Part shown: one piece after another, positions 8,949 to 18,889 of the stretch
Layout: each line of letters starts with the position of its first letter
Position numbering within the stretch: position 1 is the first letter of the stretch
Assembly (NCBI GenBank): GCA_028280065.1
Contig: JANQMN010000013.1
Span: forward strand, 44,916-108,915
DNA from: Hahella sp.
Lineage (GTDB): Bacteria > Pseudomonadota > Gammaproteobacteria > Pseudomonadales > Oleiphilaceae
Length of the DNA: 64,000 bases
Reading direction: 5' to 3'
Program-made: the position numbers and the translations under genes
Notes under the pieces: generated by a model
What the model was told of the DNA's origin: nothing
Database searches by the model: none
Seen by the model: only the letters and a program-made list of their open reading frames with translations

Positions 8949-10970
8949 ATGCAAAAATTTCGACTTGAATCAAAATACAAACCGGCAGGCGACCAGCCGG
9001 AGGCGATCGGCAAATTACTTGCAGGCCTGGATGATGGCCTGTTGCATCAAACCCTCCTGGGTGTTACCGGATCCGGTAAGACCTTTACCATGGCCAATGT
9101 CGTGGCGCAGGCGCAACGTCCTACTATCGTCCTCGCCCACAATAAGACGCTTGCAGCCCAATTGTACGGCGAGTTTAAGGAGTTTTTTCCGGATAATGCC
9201 GTGGAATACTTCGTTTCCTATTATGATTACTATCAACCGGAAGCTTACGTACCGGCCTCGGATACCTATATAGAAAAGGATGCCTCGATCAATGACCATA
9301 TAGAGCAGATGCGACTCTCCGCTACCAAAGCGTTGCTGGAGCGGCAAGACGTTCTGATTGTAGCTACGGTGTCTTCCATTTACGGTCTGGGGGATCCGCA
9401 CTCCTATAAAACCATGATGCTGCATCTGGACCGGGGTGATCAGTTGGATCAACGCTTTTTATTGCGCCGGCTCGCGGAGTTGCAGTACACCAGAAACGAT
9501 ATGGAACTGCACCGCGCCAACTATCGGGTCAGGGGGGATGTGATTGATATATTCCCCGCGGAATCCGAGAGTGAAGCGTTGCGCATCGAGTTGTTCGATG
9601 ACGAGATAGAAGGGCTTTCCTGGTTTGATCCGTTAACGGGTACCATCAGTCGCAAAGTTCCCCGCGCTACCATCTACCCCAAAACCCACTATGTTACTCC
9701 TCGTCAAATCATTCTGGATGCGACGGATCGGATCAAGCTGGAACTTGTAGAGCGATTAGAACAATTAAGAGAAAACCATAAGCTTTTAGAAGCGCAACGG
9801 CTGGAAGAACGCACCCGTTACGACTTGGAAATGATGTTTGAACTGGGTTACTGCAACGGTATCGAAAACTATTCCAGATACCTCTCCGGACGTAATCCTG
9901 GTGAGCCGCCCCCGACGCTATTTGATTACCTGCCTCCAAATTCCTTGTTGTTTTTGGATGAAAGTCATGTGACCCTCCCTCAACTTGGCGCAATGTACCG
10001 CGGCGACCGCAGCCGTAAGGAAAACCTGGTGAATTTCGGTTTTCGGCTGCCCTCGGCATTGGACAACCGGCCGCTACGGTTTGATGAATGGGAGCGCCTG
10101 GCACCGCAAATGGTCTTCGTTTCGGCCACTCCCGGTTCCTATGAAGAAGAGCATCAGGGACAGGTTGTAGAGCAAGTCGTAAGACCGACGGGATTGGTTG
10201 ATCCGGAAGTCGAAGTCAGGTCTGCCTCGTCACAAGTGGATGATTTGTTGGCGCAAATCCATGACCGGGTGGAAGTCGGCGACCGGGTCTTGGTGACAAC
10301 CTTGACCAAGCGCATGGCTGAAGACCTTACCGACTACCTAATGGAAAACGGCGTGCGAGTGCGCTATCTGCACTCCGACATCGATACCGTCGAGCGGGTG
10401 GAGATTATCCGGGATTTGCGGCTCGGAGAATTTGACGTCCTGGTGGGGATCAATCTTTTGCGGGAAGGTTTGGATATGCCGGAAGTCTCGCTGGTGGCTA
10501 TCCTGGATGCGGACAAAGAAGGCTTCCTGCGTTCCGATCGGTCGCTGATTCAGACCATCGGCCGCGCCGCCAGACATTTGCGGGGCAAAGCGATTTTGTA
10601 CGGTGACAAGATCACCGGATCCATGCAGCGGGCCATGGACGAAACCAACCGGCGCCGGGATAAACAATTGTCTTTCAATGCGCAGCACGGAATCGTGCCG
10701 AAGGGATTGACCAAATCAGTTGCCGATATTCTCGAAGGCGCTGTAGCCCCGGGAACCCGCCGCAAAGCCGCGATGAAAAAAGTGGCCGAGCCACAGGCCG
10801 AGTATGATGTCGAATTTGACCCATCCAACCCGAAAGTCTTTGCCAGAAGGCTGAAACAAATTGAAGACGCAATGTATGAAGCGGCGCGGAATCTCGAGTT
10901 TGAGAAAGCGGCGCAGTTAAGGGATAAGTTGGTCGAGTTGAAGGAGAAAGGGTTGATTTCTGCAAAGTAG
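8949..10970 (+). CDS. uvrB: excinuclease ABC subunit B
   Basis: [12 protein letters not shown] Walker [21 protein letters not shown]-terminal UVR domain ([11 protein letters not shown]). Confidence 0.99.
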   Translation: MQKFRLESKYKPAGDQPEAIGKLLAGLDDGLLHQTLLGVTGSGKTFTMANVVAQAQRPTIVLAHNKTLAAQLYGEFKEFFPDNAVEYFVSYYDYYQPEAYVPASDTYIEKDASINDHIEQMRLSATKALLERQDVLIVATVSSIYGLGDPHSYKTMMLHLDRGDQLDQRFLLRRLAELQYTRNDMELHRANYRVRGDVIDIFPAESESEALRIELFDDEIEGLSWFDPLTGTISRKVPRATIYPKTHYVTPRQIILDATDRIKLELVERLEQLRENHKLLEAQRLEERTRYDLEMMFELGYCNGIENYSRYLSGRNPGEPPPTLFDYLPPNSLLFLDESHVTLPQLGAMYRGDRSRKENLVNFGFRLPSALDNRPLRFDEWERLAPQMVFVSATPGSYEEEHQGQVVEQVVRPTGLVDPEVEVRSASSQVDDLLAQIHDRVEVGDRVLVTTLTKRMAEDLTDYLMENGVRVRYLHSDIDTVERVEIIRDLRLGEFDVLVGINLLREGLDMPEVSLVAILDADKEGFLRSDRSLIQTIGRAARHLRGKAILYGDKITGSMQRAMDETNRRRDKQLSFNAQHGIVPKGLTKSVADILEGAVAPGTRRKAAMKKVAEPQAEYDVEFDPSNPKVFARRLKQIEDAMYEAARNLEFEKAAQLRDKLVELKEKGLISAK

Positions 10971-11196
10971 TACTAGTCGGATCTAACATGCTATGGATTT
11001 TGCTTAAGGAGTAGATACGAAACTTTGCGAGAGTCCATTATCGAAAAGGCACAGGGTTATAGGTGTGTACGAGAGTGAGACGTCGCGAAAATCAGCTAAT
11101 TGAACACGTTGGCAAACCTAGAGTGGACTTTCATCACCCTTGTCGTTAGGAATTCACCAAACGGTTTAGAACAGCGCCTGTAAACACGCATAAACT

Positions 11197-11220
11197 AAAA
11201 ACGCTCCATTATGGAGCGTT
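11197..11220 (-). terminator. Rho-independent terminator after the PEP-CTERM-like gene
   Basis: AACGCTCCA/TGGAGCGTT stem followed by a U-run on the minus strand. Confidence 0.65.
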
Positions 11221-11249
11221 CGCACATAGATATAAGTTGCCGACGAGTT

Positions 11250-11783
11250 TTACAACTTAGTGTTTTTTCTTCTCACGAATAGTACTGATCCTAATGCAAG
11301 GATTAGTGCCAGCATAGGTGGCTCTGATACGACTTCGGCATCAGTTAAAAACACGTCTACAAATACTCCAAACAAGTTACCCGACGGAAAAAAAACATCT
11401 ATTGTGTTGTCAACTGAGGGACCGAAAGCATCATAGTAGCCAGAAAAAGCAAATCCAACGCCATCCCATAGAGTGTCAAATCCAAAGTATTCTATGCCGG
11501 CAAAAATATTGCTTGAATCAAATCCCGCAAAAAAGAGACCTAAAGGATCGATTGTTTGATCGACACCCAAGATCTCAAACTGTACAAACTCATCGACTTC
11601 ATCAAAGATATCAGCTTTGGCAGTGTCGATCGAAATACTACCAAGAATGTAGTATTCATCATCTAAAGTATCCTGACCGATAATACTATGCGTGATTAAT
11701 GCGGCCGATGCGCCAAATGAGATTAAACTTAGGCTTGCAAACGCTAACGACGCTGCAAAAAATATATTTTTCATGTACTTCAT
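11250..11783 (-). CDS. secreted protein with PEP-CTERM-type (VSEP) sorting signal
   Basis: N-terminal signal peptide (ASAAL); C-terminal VSEPP + hydrophobic helix + RRK; start could be 11801, 11783 or 11774. Confidence 0.75.
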   Translation of the reverse strand: MKYMKNIFFAASLAFASLSLISFGASAALITHSIIGQDTLDDEYYILGSISIDTAKADIFDEVDEFVQFEILGVDQTIDPLGLFFAGFDSSNIFAGIEYFGFDTLWDGVGFAFSGYYDAFGPSVDNTIDVFFPSGNLFGVFVDVFLTDAEVVSEPPMLALILALGSVLFVRRKNTKL

Positions 11784-11834
11784 GGTTACTACCTTTTTCA
11801 AAATTTACGTCTTTCAAAATTAGTTATACAGGTA

Positions 11835-11861
11835 TGTAACCCGGCAGATTGCCGGGTTACA
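11835..11861. terminator. 12-bp hairpin after the S8 protease gene
   Basis: TGTAACCCGGCA-gat-TGCCGGGTTACA, a perfect stem just past the stop codon; no strong U-tract. Confidence 0.55.
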
Positions 11862-11869
11862 ACGGCAGG

Positions 11870-14800
11870 TTATGGCGTCGTAGTTAATACAGTTGTTTTG
11901 ACAGCATTGCCTTCTCCGTCGTAGAAGGTGATGGCTCCCATGTCCTCTATGCCAGCCTCCAGGCCGCTGGTACTAATAGATACGCGGTTGTAGCGACCGG
12001 CAATAGCGCGACTAGACATTCTCATACGTGTGGACGTTTCTGGGCCGGTTGCCATCCAGCTGGTTACATCAAAGGCAGCTTCTGTCTCATCACCAATATC
12101 CCAAGCATTTACAATTAGTGTATATTCTCCTGCTTCGGGGTTGACTATTAATATTTCCTCTTCCGAACCAAAGTTCCAAGAGAAGGCAACTGTGGTGCAA
12201 ATTTCTCCCTCACAACGCTGCAAATAGAGGTCCAAATCAGCGCCGGGCACTGAAACATCAGTATCGCTTAGCGTGAACCGCAACAGCTTCGAACCTTCAG
12301 GCACGGACATGTCAAAGAAAGCGTCACCAGATGCCGCAACGACGTCTGAGAGCATTTCAGGTGCAACAAATCCCGCGTAATCCATGCTGGTTGTGCCTGA
12401 ATAGTTCATCAATACAGGGAACATTGCGCGACCCCGCTGGTTAAGCACGATGTTAGCTGCATCCGGTGCGCCAATAAGGATTTCTGGTGCGGCATTCACA
12501 GCAATTGGACTGCGCACACTGTGACCATTCTGATCTCTCCAAGTGATTGAGCCAAAGTACCACTCGTTTTCAACTGCATCTTCTGCCTTGCTGAAGGTTA
12601 GAGCAAAGTTACCTGTGCCACCTGCTTCAACGAACATAGACCCGTCGGCAGTCGGGTTGCCATCGCTATCGAACGTAGTGAGTAGAACATTAATTTCTGG
12701 TGCCATTTGAATGGTCGCGGTATAGGTTCCAGCTACGTCAGCAACGCTAGTAACCGTTCGGAAAATAGTTTCTTCACTGCTTAACTCACCAATAGCAATA
12801 GATGGATAGTTAAGTTGGCTCGGGTCGATTGCGAAGCCTGCGGCTACAAATTCTTCGCAAGAGAACTCAGTTTGGGCAAGCACGAAGTCATCAGCACCAG
12901 TACCACACATGAATGCCATGTAGTCGAAGTAGCTAGCATCGAATGTCAGGCCTGGTTCTAAGGCTGGGATTGGATCAGCATGACCGGCGCCAAAGTCGAA
13001 CAAATCCGCCGGCGTTACTGCATCTTCCTTGGCGACGTCCTGATATGCCGTGGTCATCAGTGCTGATTTTACCTGGGCTGGCGTCCAGTCTGGATATTTA
13101 CTCATCATTAGAGCCGCCATGCCTGCGATATGAGGCGATGACATTGAGGTGCCGTTTAGGTATTTAACTTGCTGTCCATGCGGAGCAAACATCGGTGTCG
13201 ACGTAGTCGCCGCAAGAATTCGAACTCCAGGCGCAGTGATATCAGGTTTAATAATATCTGTAGTTGATAAATTCGCACCACGAGACGAGAAGTCAGCCAT
13301 TATGTTGCCGACTTCCACTTGGTCCGCGAACAGGCCTGCGCCGATTTTGATTGTGATGTCTTCACCTTCTGTGATGGCATCATTAAGCGCTTCGCCATCT
13401 TCAGAAGAGATCATACCGCCTGGGATACTGTATGACCCGTTTCCGCCTAACACTGTGACTGGTCGACCATCACTATATATAACAACCGCTATCGCACCTG
13501 CCAACTGAGCACGCTCCACTTTTTCTGTGAAGGCGCATTCCCCACGACTCATTAGTGCAATATTGCCTGCAATATCAGCGGCATTGTCGAGAGGGCTGCT
13601 GACGCCACCTTCGAAACATCCTAAGAGCGGCTCGGCGATGACCAAATTACCCTCCCTATCCCCGGTTTCGACAAGTGGCTTTGTGATTCCACCTTCGGTA
13701 AACGCGATATTTTCCTGTGGAATTCTTGAAGTGACTTGCAATACATTCGTAGCACTTATGCCATCGTAGGTGGAAGCGGCTATGGTGGTCATCCATGGCG
13801 CATTGTTGCCTGTCGTTTCGGGCTCGGGGCCGCTGTTACCCGCAGACGCTGCGAAAAAAACACCGGCTGCAGTTGCATCAAGTGCTGCGCGATAAACCGG
13901 TGTGGTTAAGTCGGTAGAGTTCCCTATTGAGTAGTTGAGAACGTCAACACCATCTTCGACTGCCTTATCAATACCGGCCATCGAATCACCCAAAAAACAG
14001 CCTCTTTCTGGATCGTTTGTAACTGGGTTGACGTAATCACTGTTCCAGCAAACTTTGTATGCGGCCACTCGTGCACGGGGTGCAATTCCAGACATCGTAC
14101 CAACTACGGAACCATTGAGGGTGGCAATCACTCCCTCGTTACCCGCAGCCGTACCAGCTGTATGGCTGCCATGACCATCTGCATCACGTGGAGAGTCGAA
14201 CTCACCAAGTCCGTATTGGATTTTGTAGGATGATTTAAATGACCCGTTATAAAAACGAGCACCAATAAGCTTGTTGTTGCACTGAAAGGTATCTGAACCA
14301 TCGTCTGCTGCTTCTGATTCCGCGCCTGCATCACAGATGCCGGACCAACCTAAATCAGCTGGGTCAGAGTAGGAGCCATCGTCTGAAAAGCTTGGGTTTT
14401 CCGGCGTAATACCTGTATCCAAAATACCTACAATAATTCCCTCACCTTTTAAGTCAGGGCGATGGGCACCGTCGGGACCTGTAGTGAGCCCTAAAAACGT
14501 TGGTGTGTTTGAAGTTTGCAATTCAAAAACTTGATCTTCCCAAACGCCAAGGACATCCGGATGTTTTTTCAGTTGTTGAGCTTGGGCGTAAGTCATTTTT
14601 GCAGCAAAGCCATTAAACGTGTGAACATATGAATGGATTATGTTGACATTGCCAATATCAGTGGCAACTGCCTCTTGGCGAGCTTGCATAGTTTCTGTGT
14701 AAGCCTGCATTGCAGGAGAGTCAGCTTTGTAACGATTACCTAGTGCCACCATTTGATTGCTAGGCAAAAGTTCACCGAGATCAGCCGCTTTTCGAATGGC

Positions 14801-14992
14801 CGTTTGACCCTTTAACTGAACGATATAATTACTCGTTGCTTTTTTTACAGCAGAAGCAAGCTTTTCTGTTTGATTTTTGGTTTCTGAATCACTTATGCCA
14901 ACTTTGGCATGAGCAGAGTAAGGCATCGTGACGGACAGACTGGCTGCTCCTGATACTAATGCCAGGGTTGCCACCCTGAGTAATGATTGCAT
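11870..14992 (-). CDS. secreted S8 (subtilisin-like) serine peptidase with I9 prodomain, PA domain and C-terminal beta domains
   Basis: Catalytic triad motifs VGILDTG, DADGHGSHTAGT and GTSMSSPH; PA domain (IALMSRGECAFTEK); the likely start is MQSLLRV at 14992 with a GGGGA RBS (the track starts at 15136). Confidence 0.95.
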   Translation of the reverse strand: MQSLLRVATLALVSGAASLSVTMPYSAHAKVGISDSETKNQTEKLASAVKKATSNYIVQLKGQTAIRKAADLGELLPSNQMVALGNRYKADSPAMQAYTETMQARQEAVATDIGNVNIIHSYVHTFNGFAAKMTYAQAQQLKKHPDVLGVWEDQVFELQTSNTPTFLGLTTGPDGAHRPDLKGEGIIVGILDTGITPENPSFSDDGSYSDPADLGWSGICDAGAESEAADDGSDTFQCNNKLIGARFYNGSFKSSYKIQYGLGEFDSPRDADGHGSHTAGTAAGNEGVIATLNGSVVGTMSGIAPRARVAAYKVCWNSDYVNPVTNDPERGCFLGDSMAGIDKAVEDGVDVLNYSIGNSTDLTTPVYRAALDATAAGVFFAASAGNSGPEPETTGNNAPWMTTIAASTYDGISATNVLQVTSRIPQENIAFTEGGITKPLVETGDREGNLVIAEPLLGCFEGGVSSPLDNAADIAGNIALMSRGECAFTEKVERAQLAGAIAVVIYSDGRPVTVLGGNGSYSIPGGMISSEDGEALNDAITEGEDITIKIGAGLFADQVEVGNIMADFSSRGANLSTTDIIKPDITAPGVRILAATTSTPMFAPHGQQVKYLNGTSMSSPHIAGMAALMMSKYPDWTPAQVKSALMTTAYQDVAKEDAVTPADLFDFGAGHADPIPALEPGLTFDASYFDYMAFMCGTGADDFVLAQTEFSCEEFVAAGFAIDPSQLNYPSIAIGELSSEETIFRTVTSVADVAGTYTATIQMAPEINVLLTTFDSDGNPTADGSMFVEAGGTGNFALTFSKAEDAVENEWYFGSITWRDQNGHSVRSPIAVNAAPEILIGAPDAANIVLNQRGRAMFPVLMNYSGTTSMDYAGFVAPEMLSDVVAASGDAFFDMSVPEGSKLLRFTLSDTDVSVPGADLDLYLQRCEGEICTTVAFSWNFGSEEEILIVNPEAGEYTLIVNAWDIGDETEAAFDVTSWMATGPETSTRMRMSSRAIAGRYNRVSISTSGLEAGIEDMGAITFYDGEGNAVKTTVLTTTP

Positions 14993-15257
14993 AGATAAGT
15001 CCCCTAGGTTATGTGTGTTATCTATCCAGTTTTCGTTCTCTGCTGGCCTTTTGAGCTGCAGAATTATTTTTTTCTCTTTTGCTCGATGTAATGTTGCTTT
15101 GTTCTTTTTATTGTTTTTTATTTTTTCTCCCTTCACTGGTGGTACAAACTGTTTTGGTTGTTAAATGTACAAGTTTGTCGTTTCAGAAACTTTCGATTAG
15201 CACTTTTATTTCCTTGCAAGCAGACAGCGAAGACTAAGCAAAATCCCAAACGCTTGT

Positions 15258-15273
15258 TCTGAACGTCGTCACA
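15258..15273. promoter_or_regulatory. CRP-like site upstream of the S8 protease gene
   Basis: TCTGA-N6-TCACA, one mismatch to TGTGA-N6-TCACA, in AT-rich intergenic DNA. Confidence 0.35.
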
Positions 15274-15678
15274 AAAGTAAATATAATGTTACGTTTTGTT
15301 AACAATTGCCTGACATTTTAAGCAAAGTTGATGCCATTCAAATTAATGCTTAAGGCTAGGTTAAACGTTTATTTAGGGTGATGGTATGGATGGCACTGAG
15401 TTCTCTTTGTTGTTATTTTTTTGGAATGTAAGACAGTCTGATAAAGCAGTAGGATTCAACCGAGTCTACAACCTGCGCTTGATTGGTGCAATGCTCTATC
15501 GTAGTGCTGTCAGCTTTCTCTGTGTTTATTTTGGTGCGAATCTACACAGATTCCGTAAACTACTAAACTGAAATTCAGCTGACTTCACTGCTGTGGAAGA
15601 ATCTGTCAACCAAACTGCTAGCGACTGTAGTATTGTATTTCCATTAAGTAACTAGGAATCAATAGTTAACAAGAACCT

Positions 15679-16044
15679 ATGAGTAAGATTAAATTTGAGA
15701 TTTTTCGAGTTTTTGCGGTTTGCGTATGCTTAACAGGTTTTAGTCTTCCTTCTGTATCTGCTGCAAAAGATCTCCATCAAAATTTGGTAAAGGAAAAAAA
15801 TATGGATTTCACTGGCACCGTCGTATACAAAACATTTGAAGGAGGTTTTTACGGCTTGGATGCTGACTCTGGTAGGAAATTTACCCCACTAAATTTGCCG
15901 AAGAGTATGCAAATAGTGGGAGCAAGGGTAAAGATTAAAGGAACAATCAAAGAAGATATTGCCACAACCAAAATGTACGGTGAAGTATTAGAAATTGATT
16001 CAATTGAGCTTTTGGAGGAAGGTAAAGCCCAAAACACCCACTAG
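15679..16044 (+). CDS. secreted hypothetical protein (small beta-barrel-like domain)
   Basis: Signal peptide followed by a compact domain GTVVYKTFEGGFYGL...PLNLP...GARVKIKG...YGEVLEI. Confidence 0.7.
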   Translation: MSKIKFEIFRVFAVCVCLTGFSLPSVSAAKDLHQNLVKEKNMDFTGTVVYKTFEGGFYGLDADSGRKFTPLNLPKSMQIVGARVKIKGTIKEDIATTKMYGEVLEIDSIELLEEGKAQNTH

Positions 16045-16099
16045 TTCAATCGTTTGTGTATATTTTTCATTTCACCTCAGATATGCATAGGAAACTAAA

Positions 16100-17401
16100 T
16101 TGAACTCTGTGGCAACTCTGCGACAGTACATTTTGCAGCAACCATTGCACAGGGCTATTCAATTCCGGCTATCCGTTACAGCTCAGATGGCAAGAGATGA
16201 CTGGCAACAAACGTTTAAAAGTCAGTTCAGGCAGGAAAAGCAGTGGAATCTGGATCCATTGGCTTGGCTTAAGACACCCTTGGCGGCGCTCGATCCGCTG
16301 TTTCACGGCAGTTGGTTACTGGTGTTGGCGGGAAGCTTTTTAGGTGCCGCTACCATGTCGGTAGCGTTGGCTTATCGGGGGAACGCGCCCGTTAACCTTT
16401 GGTTGCTACTGGGGTTATTTGCCATCCTGCCACTGTTATTGAGCCTGGTAGCTGCGGTGTCAGTCCTGGGCAACGCGAACTCCAGCAATCTCGCCGCCAA
16501 ATGTTTTCGTCTTTTGCATCACCGGCTACTTAAGGAAAACAGTCTGCTTAGCAATCTTCCGGTCGTTACAGGTTGGGCAAAATGGCAACTGATGTATTTT
16601 TCTGTTGCATTCCAGATTTCTGCAATGGTCACCTTTATACTAGTGGCGTTAGTTTGGAATCTGACCTTTGCATGGTCTTCAACGTTGATTACTGATCCGG
16701 TGACGATGCAACAGTTGTTTAACGGATTCGGTGCTCTATGGATGGTTTTGTTGCCGGATCTGACCATAGAGGCGGTTAAAGCCAGCCGCTATCCCTTAAC
16801 TCAGCCAATATCCAATTCGGAGATTGCTTGGTTCTGGTGGCAATATGCAATGTTTGCGATGCTTTGCTTCGGACTGCTGCCACGTCTGATACTGTTAGTA
16901 GGCTGTCGATGGAGGCTAAAGTATCTTTTGGAGCGAGATCTTAAGGAAGCTTCTGATTTGGCTCGGCTGGATGTGTTTTGGCAAGGGCTGAAGAATAACG
17001 CCAATCCGGCAGTTGAAGACGAAGTTGCTGTTTCGGCGTTGGATTGGAAGTTGCCGGAAAAGCAAAATCAGACCGTGATAGGTTGGCAGATTCCCGGCGA
17101 TAGTAAGGTGAATGTACAAGCAAGTTTAGGCTTTGCAGATTGGCAGTCAGATATAGCTTGGTTGAACCAAAACGCCGCAGGATTTTCCAGAGATATTTTC
17201 ATCGCCGTCTCTCTCCAGCAAACGCCTTTAGCAGAGTTGGCAGACATTATTGAACACATTCGTGGTTTGCAGCCAAATCTTCGTGTCCGTATCTGGCTCT
17301 TGAAGCCCGCAGTGAAGATGGATGTGGAAAGCGCGTTACAGAGTTGGGCGTTGTTTGCCGAGCAACATCAGATTCCCCTCGCGAACAGGAAGAACGAATG
17401 A
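16100..17401 (+). CDS. DUF2868-like membrane protein
   Basis: Multi-TM N-half with PVNLWLLLG, LTFAWSSTL and YGLLPR-like (FGLLPRL) motifs; stop overlaps the next start (ATGA). Confidence 0.75.
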   Translation: MNSVATLRQYILQQPLHRAIQFRLSVTAQMARDDWQQTFKSQFRQEKQWNLDPLAWLKTPLAALDPLFHGSWLLVLAGSFLGAATMSVALAYRGNAPVNLWLLLGLFAILPLLLSLVAAVSVLGNANSSNLAAKCFRLLHHRLLKENSLLSNLPVVTGWAKWQLMYFSVAFQISAMVTFILVALVWNLTFAWSSTLITDPVTMQQLFNGFGALWMVLLPDLTIEAVKASRYPLTQPISNSEIAWFWWQYAMFAMLCFGLLPRLILLVGCRWRLKYLLERDLKEASDLARLDVFWQGLKNNANPAVEDEVAVSALDWKLPEKQNQTVIGWQIPGDSKVNVQASLGFADWQSDIAWLNQNAAGFSRDIFIAVSLQQTPLAELADIIEHIRGLQPNLRVRIWLLKPAVKMDVESALQSWALFAEQHQIPLANRKNE

Positions 17402-18813
17402 CGACGGTTCCGCGATTTGCCGTGGTCGGGCATCCCAACAAGGGAAAGTCCTCGATAGTCGCCACGCTGACCCACCAAGACAGCATTGACATATCGCGAC
17501 TTTCCGGAACCACCAAAGAAGCCCAGACGTTCAGTTTTCAAGTGGATGGAGAGACGGTGTACGAACTGGTCGATACACCCGGATTCCAGCGTCCCCGGCA
17601 GGCGTTGCAATGGTTGCTGGAAAGGGGAGCCGATGCTTCGCAACGTCAGCAAGCCGTGCGTGAGTTTATCCAACAACACCAAGGCAATGCGGCCAGGTAT
17701 CTCGACGAAGTCGAACTGTTGGGACCGATCATAAAAGGCGCCGGTATCATCTATGTGGTTGACGGATCCTTGCCATACAGTCCCGAATATGAAGCGGAAA
17801 TGGAGATTCTGCGGTGGACCGGGCAACCCCGGATGGCGTTGATTAATCCCATTGCATCGGAGCAGTTTGTGGATGAGTGGCGGCAGGCGCTTGGTCAGTT
17901 TTTTAGCGTGGTCCGCGTATTTAATCCGATGACCGCCAACCACGAAAAACAGTTGACCACACTGAGCGCCTTTGCGGAGTTGAAAGACGAGTGGCGACCG
18001 GCGATAACCATTGGCCTGGAGTTGATGCGAATGCATTTCGCCAAACAGCGGTTGCAGGCGGCGCAGATCATTACCAGTCAGCTAACCGAAATGATCGGCC
18101 ACCAATCTGCATTGCCGTTGGATGAGAGAGTGGGTCTGGAGTTGACTAAGAAGCTATTGCGTGAAAACTATCAGCGGCACTTGGCGGCCAGTGAGCAGAA
18201 AATGCGTAAGCAGCTGGCAGAACTTTTTGCTCACCACAGCCTTACATGGCAATCCCAGGATTTACTTTTGGATTATCCCGAGTTGTTCGATCAAGGCCAT
18301 TGGTACTTTTTCGGGTTGACCAAACAACGATTGCTGACCTTGGCGGCATCGGTCGGCTTTGTTACCGGGGCGGCTATTGATGCAAGCGTCGGCGCGGCAT
18401 CCTTCATGTCGGGAGCCGTGGCCGGTACGTTACTCTCCGGAGCGGCAACCTTGTTCGCCAGCCAGAATCCCGAACGAATCAAGGTTCGAGGTTTACCGGT
18501 CGGCGGCAAGCAGGTAACGGCTGGTCCGATTAAAAACTTGCAATTGTTGTATGTTTTGCTCGGCAGGGCGGTACATTATAGCTCCTGTTTACTGCGGCAG
18601 ACCCACGCCAACCGCAACGAATTGATGCTGCAGGATAATCAAATGGATGGCCTACTCACGAACCTGGAGAAGGGCAAACAAGTGCGCCTCACTTTGCTAT
18701 TGCAGAAATCGCGTAAAGAACTTTCAGAGAATCAGCGGCATGAGCTTACCGATTTGATCGCTGGAATGCTGACCGCTATAGATGCGACGGAAAATGTCGC
18801 TTCAAGCGGGTAA
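17398..18813 (+). CDS. GTPase / DUF3482-like domain protein
   Basis: G1 VVGHPNKGKSS, G3 DTPG, followed by a helical region with a Gly/Ala-rich hydrophobic hairpin; starts MTTVPRF at 17398. Confidence 0.85.
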   Translation: MTTVPRFAVVGHPNKGKSSIVATLTHQDSIDISRLSGTTKEAQTFSFQVDGETVYELVDTPGFQRPRQALQWLLERGADASQRQQAVREFIQQHQGNAARYLDEVELLGPIIKGAGIIYVVDGSLPYSPEYEAEMEILRWTGQPRMALINPIASEQFVDEWRQALGQFFSVVRVFNPMTANHEKQLTTLSAFAELKDEWRPAITIGLELMRMHFAKQRLQAAQIITSQLTEMIGHQSALPLDERVGLELTKKLLRENYQRHLAASEQKMRKQLAELFAHHSLTWQSQDLLLDYPELFDQGHWYFFGLTKQRLLTLAASVGFVTGAAIDASVGAASFMSGAVAGTLLSGAATLFASQNPERIKVRGLPVGGKQVTAGPIKNLQLLYVLLGRAVHYSSCLLRQTHANRNELMLQDNQMDGLLTNLEKGKQVRLTLLLQKSRKELSENQRHELTDLIAGMLTAIDATENVASSG

Positions 18814-18889
18814 TGTTGAAATTGTTTTGCATCGCAACATTAAATAATCGGGCAGTGCCGGTTTCACTGCCTGCTATTAACCCGTCTTT

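Noticed and set aside
8671-8973. 100-aa ORF in the track
   Set aside because: It lies almost wholly within the MITE, has no recognisable motif and overlaps the uvrB start.
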